From positions 97,776,001 to 97,840,000 of the forward strand of contig NC_086107.1 of the NCBI RefSeq assembly GCF_963921235.1: a stretch of DNA of 64,000 bases. The letters are read 5' to 3'. Below, in pieces: positions 61,131 to 64,000 of the stretch; the first letter of the stretch is position 1, and every line of letters begins with the position of its first letter. This stretch comes from Mobula hypostoma. Lineage: Eukaryota. The notes beneath the pieces were generated by a model. It did not search any database. It was not told the DNA's origin and saw only the letters and a program-made list of their open reading frames with translations. Position numbers and translations under genes: made by a program.

Positions 61131-62997
61131 TCATCACACCTCAGCCATGTCCCCTCTTAAACTCCTCTCCTCCAGGAAACAAATCTAGCCTCTCCCTGTT
61201 CCCTCTGACTATTTATAAAGCATGGAATCTCTGGGACTCGACAAATTGCACACGGCCAGTGTGGGATCTGAGTTTCCTTCTGTCTGGTATCACTTCATGT
61301 ATTACAGATAAGTCATGAAGGATAAATGCAGAGAGCCCATGCTCGTGAACAAATCCATAAATTACAACGTGGTGCCTTTTCTTCTTTAAGGTACCTTTAA
61401 GTTCCAAATAAAAAATGTTCTTCCCAGCACTTTTGTTCTCAGATTATAAAATGAACACTTCCAGTCCTGTAAACAAAACATAAAAGGTTAACAGCTTTAA
61501 CCTCTCAGCCTGACCTCTCATATTCACAGTTTCTTTGAGAAGTGCAACATCTTACCAAACACCATTAGCTTTTGTTCTCACACAGCAAAACTATCTCCTC
61601 CTCTCACTCTCTCCAATGTAAATTGGCCGGGCTCCCTACAATATTTTAAAATTCAGAGCACCCATACATTTTAAACGACATTGCTCGTGCCCTCTTTATC
61701 TGGGTGCCTGATGTGGCCTGGGTAGGAACCGAGTCTACTTAAAGAAGATACTCACACAACTTGTCCCTGTTCTCCCTCAGTGACCTTCACTCCTTGAATC
61801 CTGCCGACCACGCCAGACCGTCGAACTAGCTGGACAACAGCAGATAATAGTTCATAGTCGGCAGTCTGGTCTCAAGGTGTAAGTGGTTTAGTCAGGGAAT
61901 CAGGTTACCAGTTGTGACATGTTGTGGCTTTTATCCAGAAGATGCAATTGCACACCTTATAATGGGTGGACAACTGAGCTGTGTTGGATTTATCAGAATC
62001 GGAATCAGGTTTAATATCATCGGCATATGTTGTGAAATTTATGGACTTTGCGGCAGGAGTACAATGCAATACGTGATAATATAGGGGAAAAATTCACAGT
62101 AAAATTAAATAAGTAGCGCAGAAACAGAATTACAATCTGTGCCCTTATCACTAGGTCATTCACACCTGTCACCACCTGAGGGGTTAAGGGATCGTTCAGC
62201 TGGTTCATTGCCCCTCAGTGCTTTGTCCTATATCCTGTGTCCTGTATATTCTATGTGTCCTATGAACTCTGCACGTGACCTTCCCACACTCATTGGCCAT
62301 GCATTGTCTTCGTGCTATCATTCTCTTTCTCATTGAACAGATGAATTGACACAAGGCACAGAAACACCAATATCGTGCAAACCATTAAGTACAATCACTC
62401 ATCCTATTTACCAGCCTTTGGTCCACAGCCTTCTGTCGAATCAAGCGCTCATCTAGATTCTTAAAAGTTTTGAAAGTATAGGCTTTCTCATCCCCTCAGG
62501 CAGTGTGTCCCAGATTCCACCACTGATGAATGAATAAGCTTCTACTTCGAACCTCTAACTCTGTACCCTAAACAAGGCTTCTATTTTTAGATACATCTCT
62601 TCAGGAGAGAAGTTTTCTGCTTTCTCCTCTGTCTACACCCCTTATATGCCTCTGTACTTGGTCATTCCTCCGCCTGCTCCACGTGAAGGAAAACAAACCC
62701 AGCCCATCCAATCTGTCTTCATAACTGAAGTTCTTCAGGTTCCATCCCCCCCCCCCCATCATTCTTCCTCTCATTCCCCTCCGAATTTCCTTCCAAATCC
62801 CATATCCACTTCCACGCCAGTTTACCCTACTTGCTCATCCCCGGTGTTGAAGACACAGAGCTTTAAATTTGTGAGTGGCTCCCCCTTTTCAGAGATTGTC
62901 TGATTATGGGGATTTCCTGGCCAGGGAGGACTTGAAGGTGTCTAATCACTTGTCAATGCATATATGGCATGGAATTCACCCACTGCTTTTCTTCCAG

Positions 62998-63061
62998 GAG
63001 GATTCTGTAACACGCCCAGAGTTCCAGTACGATGTGTTTGGATTCCGTATAGACAAAGAAG
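62998..63061 (+). CDS. SGSM3: SGSM3 coding exon 3
   Basis: ttttcttccag| and G|gtaacc; EDSVTRPEFQYDVFGFRIDKE resembles human EESAEQPEFYYDEFGFRVYKEE; phase agrees with the previous exon. Confidence 0.93.
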
Positions 63062-64000
63062 GTAACCGTGCATTTCTGTTCCAGACTCTTTGCTTGTCCA
63101 CCACTGCCAGTGACCATCTGCAGTTACAGTCCAAATTCACTTCATAGGGGCTGTTTTCAAATAAAATTTCACACTAGATCTGCAAAGTTCAGTTGACCAA
63201 ATGTTTCGACAAAGAGGGAGGTTTTTACTGTTGCAACACCTAATGAGGACATTCAGCCCATCGGTTCCATGCTAGGTCCCAACAGAGCAATTTCTTCAGT
63301 CCCATTAAGTTCTCGGTAACCCTTTAATCTGTTCTCTCCTGCATGCCCACCAACTCCATTTGATTTAACTACACTAGAGTTAATTTGTAGAAATCAGTTG
63401 GCCTGCCAACCCAATGTTGCTTTGGGATGTTGGAGGAGGTTGCAGGACTTGGCAGGTGAAGGGAAACCCATGCGGTCACAGGAAATCTCCATAGAGGTGA
63501 CACCGAAGTCAGGGGGGAGCCCAGGTCACTTGAGACTGCAGCACTAACTGCTCTAACGAGCGACTGAAAAGAAAGGAGGAAGGTTAGGGAAAGAAATGCC
63601 CAGGGGTGGAACTTCAATTGTTGAAGATACAGTCGCCAACAGTTGGATCATTAAAATTCAAATTTGCATAAAAACAGCTTTGGAGGAGTACAGAAATCAA
63701 AGAAGTGTTGTAAGGCTGGTGAATGTTGCAGTGGGGAAGGAGAGTCTGAAAACTAGGATGAGAATTTTAGAACTGAGGAGATGGTGTTTCAGGAGTCAGC
63801 AGAGATCAGTCTATACATATGTGATGAGTGAACAGGGCTAGGTACAAGCTGGAATGTAGCCAGAGAAATTTGGATGATGTTAACTTTATAGAGATTGTGA
63901 GATGGACCACAAGTCCCCCTCAACCATCAGGCTCTTGAACCAACGAGGATAACTTCACTTGGCCCCATCATTGAGATGTTCCCACAACCTATGGACTCAC

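Noticed and set aside
61215..61919. Possible solo LTR (minus strand begins TGTCACAAC)
   Set aside because: The other terminus and a TSD could not be located with confidence.

Overview
Repeat-rich vertebrate genomic DNA. The repeat repertoire (CR1, Rex1/Babar-like, RTE, Penelope, V-SINE-like, mariner and pogo MITEs) suggests a cartilaginous fish, probably a ray; that assignment is inference. Left to right: (1) a 48-bp satellite (1-1009); (2) a defective, env-bearing gamma/epsilon-like endogenous retrovirus on the minus strand (1354-13681) with a tRNA-Ser PBS, a 4-bp TSD and only one LTR. Its pol region carries an antisense Hero-clade (RLE) non-LTR retrotransposon flanked by a 777-bp target duplication and then tandemly amplified. 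(3) A decayed Gypsy element and many LINE/SINE fragments. (4) A tyrosinase-family pseudogene (first exon 30881-31666, last-exon remnant 33537-33626). (5) The CpG-island promoter and first three coding exons of SGSM3 on the + strand, running off the right end. The most unusual signal is in the Hero 3' UTR (6582-6694): a complete hammerhead-ribozyme core with its three strands in non-circularly permuted (pseudoknotted) order and a 52-nt insert. A diverged relic at about 61038-61096 shows the same layout with different, still complementary stems. Coordinates of old repeat fragments are approximate, and family names come from recognised motifs, not database searches.
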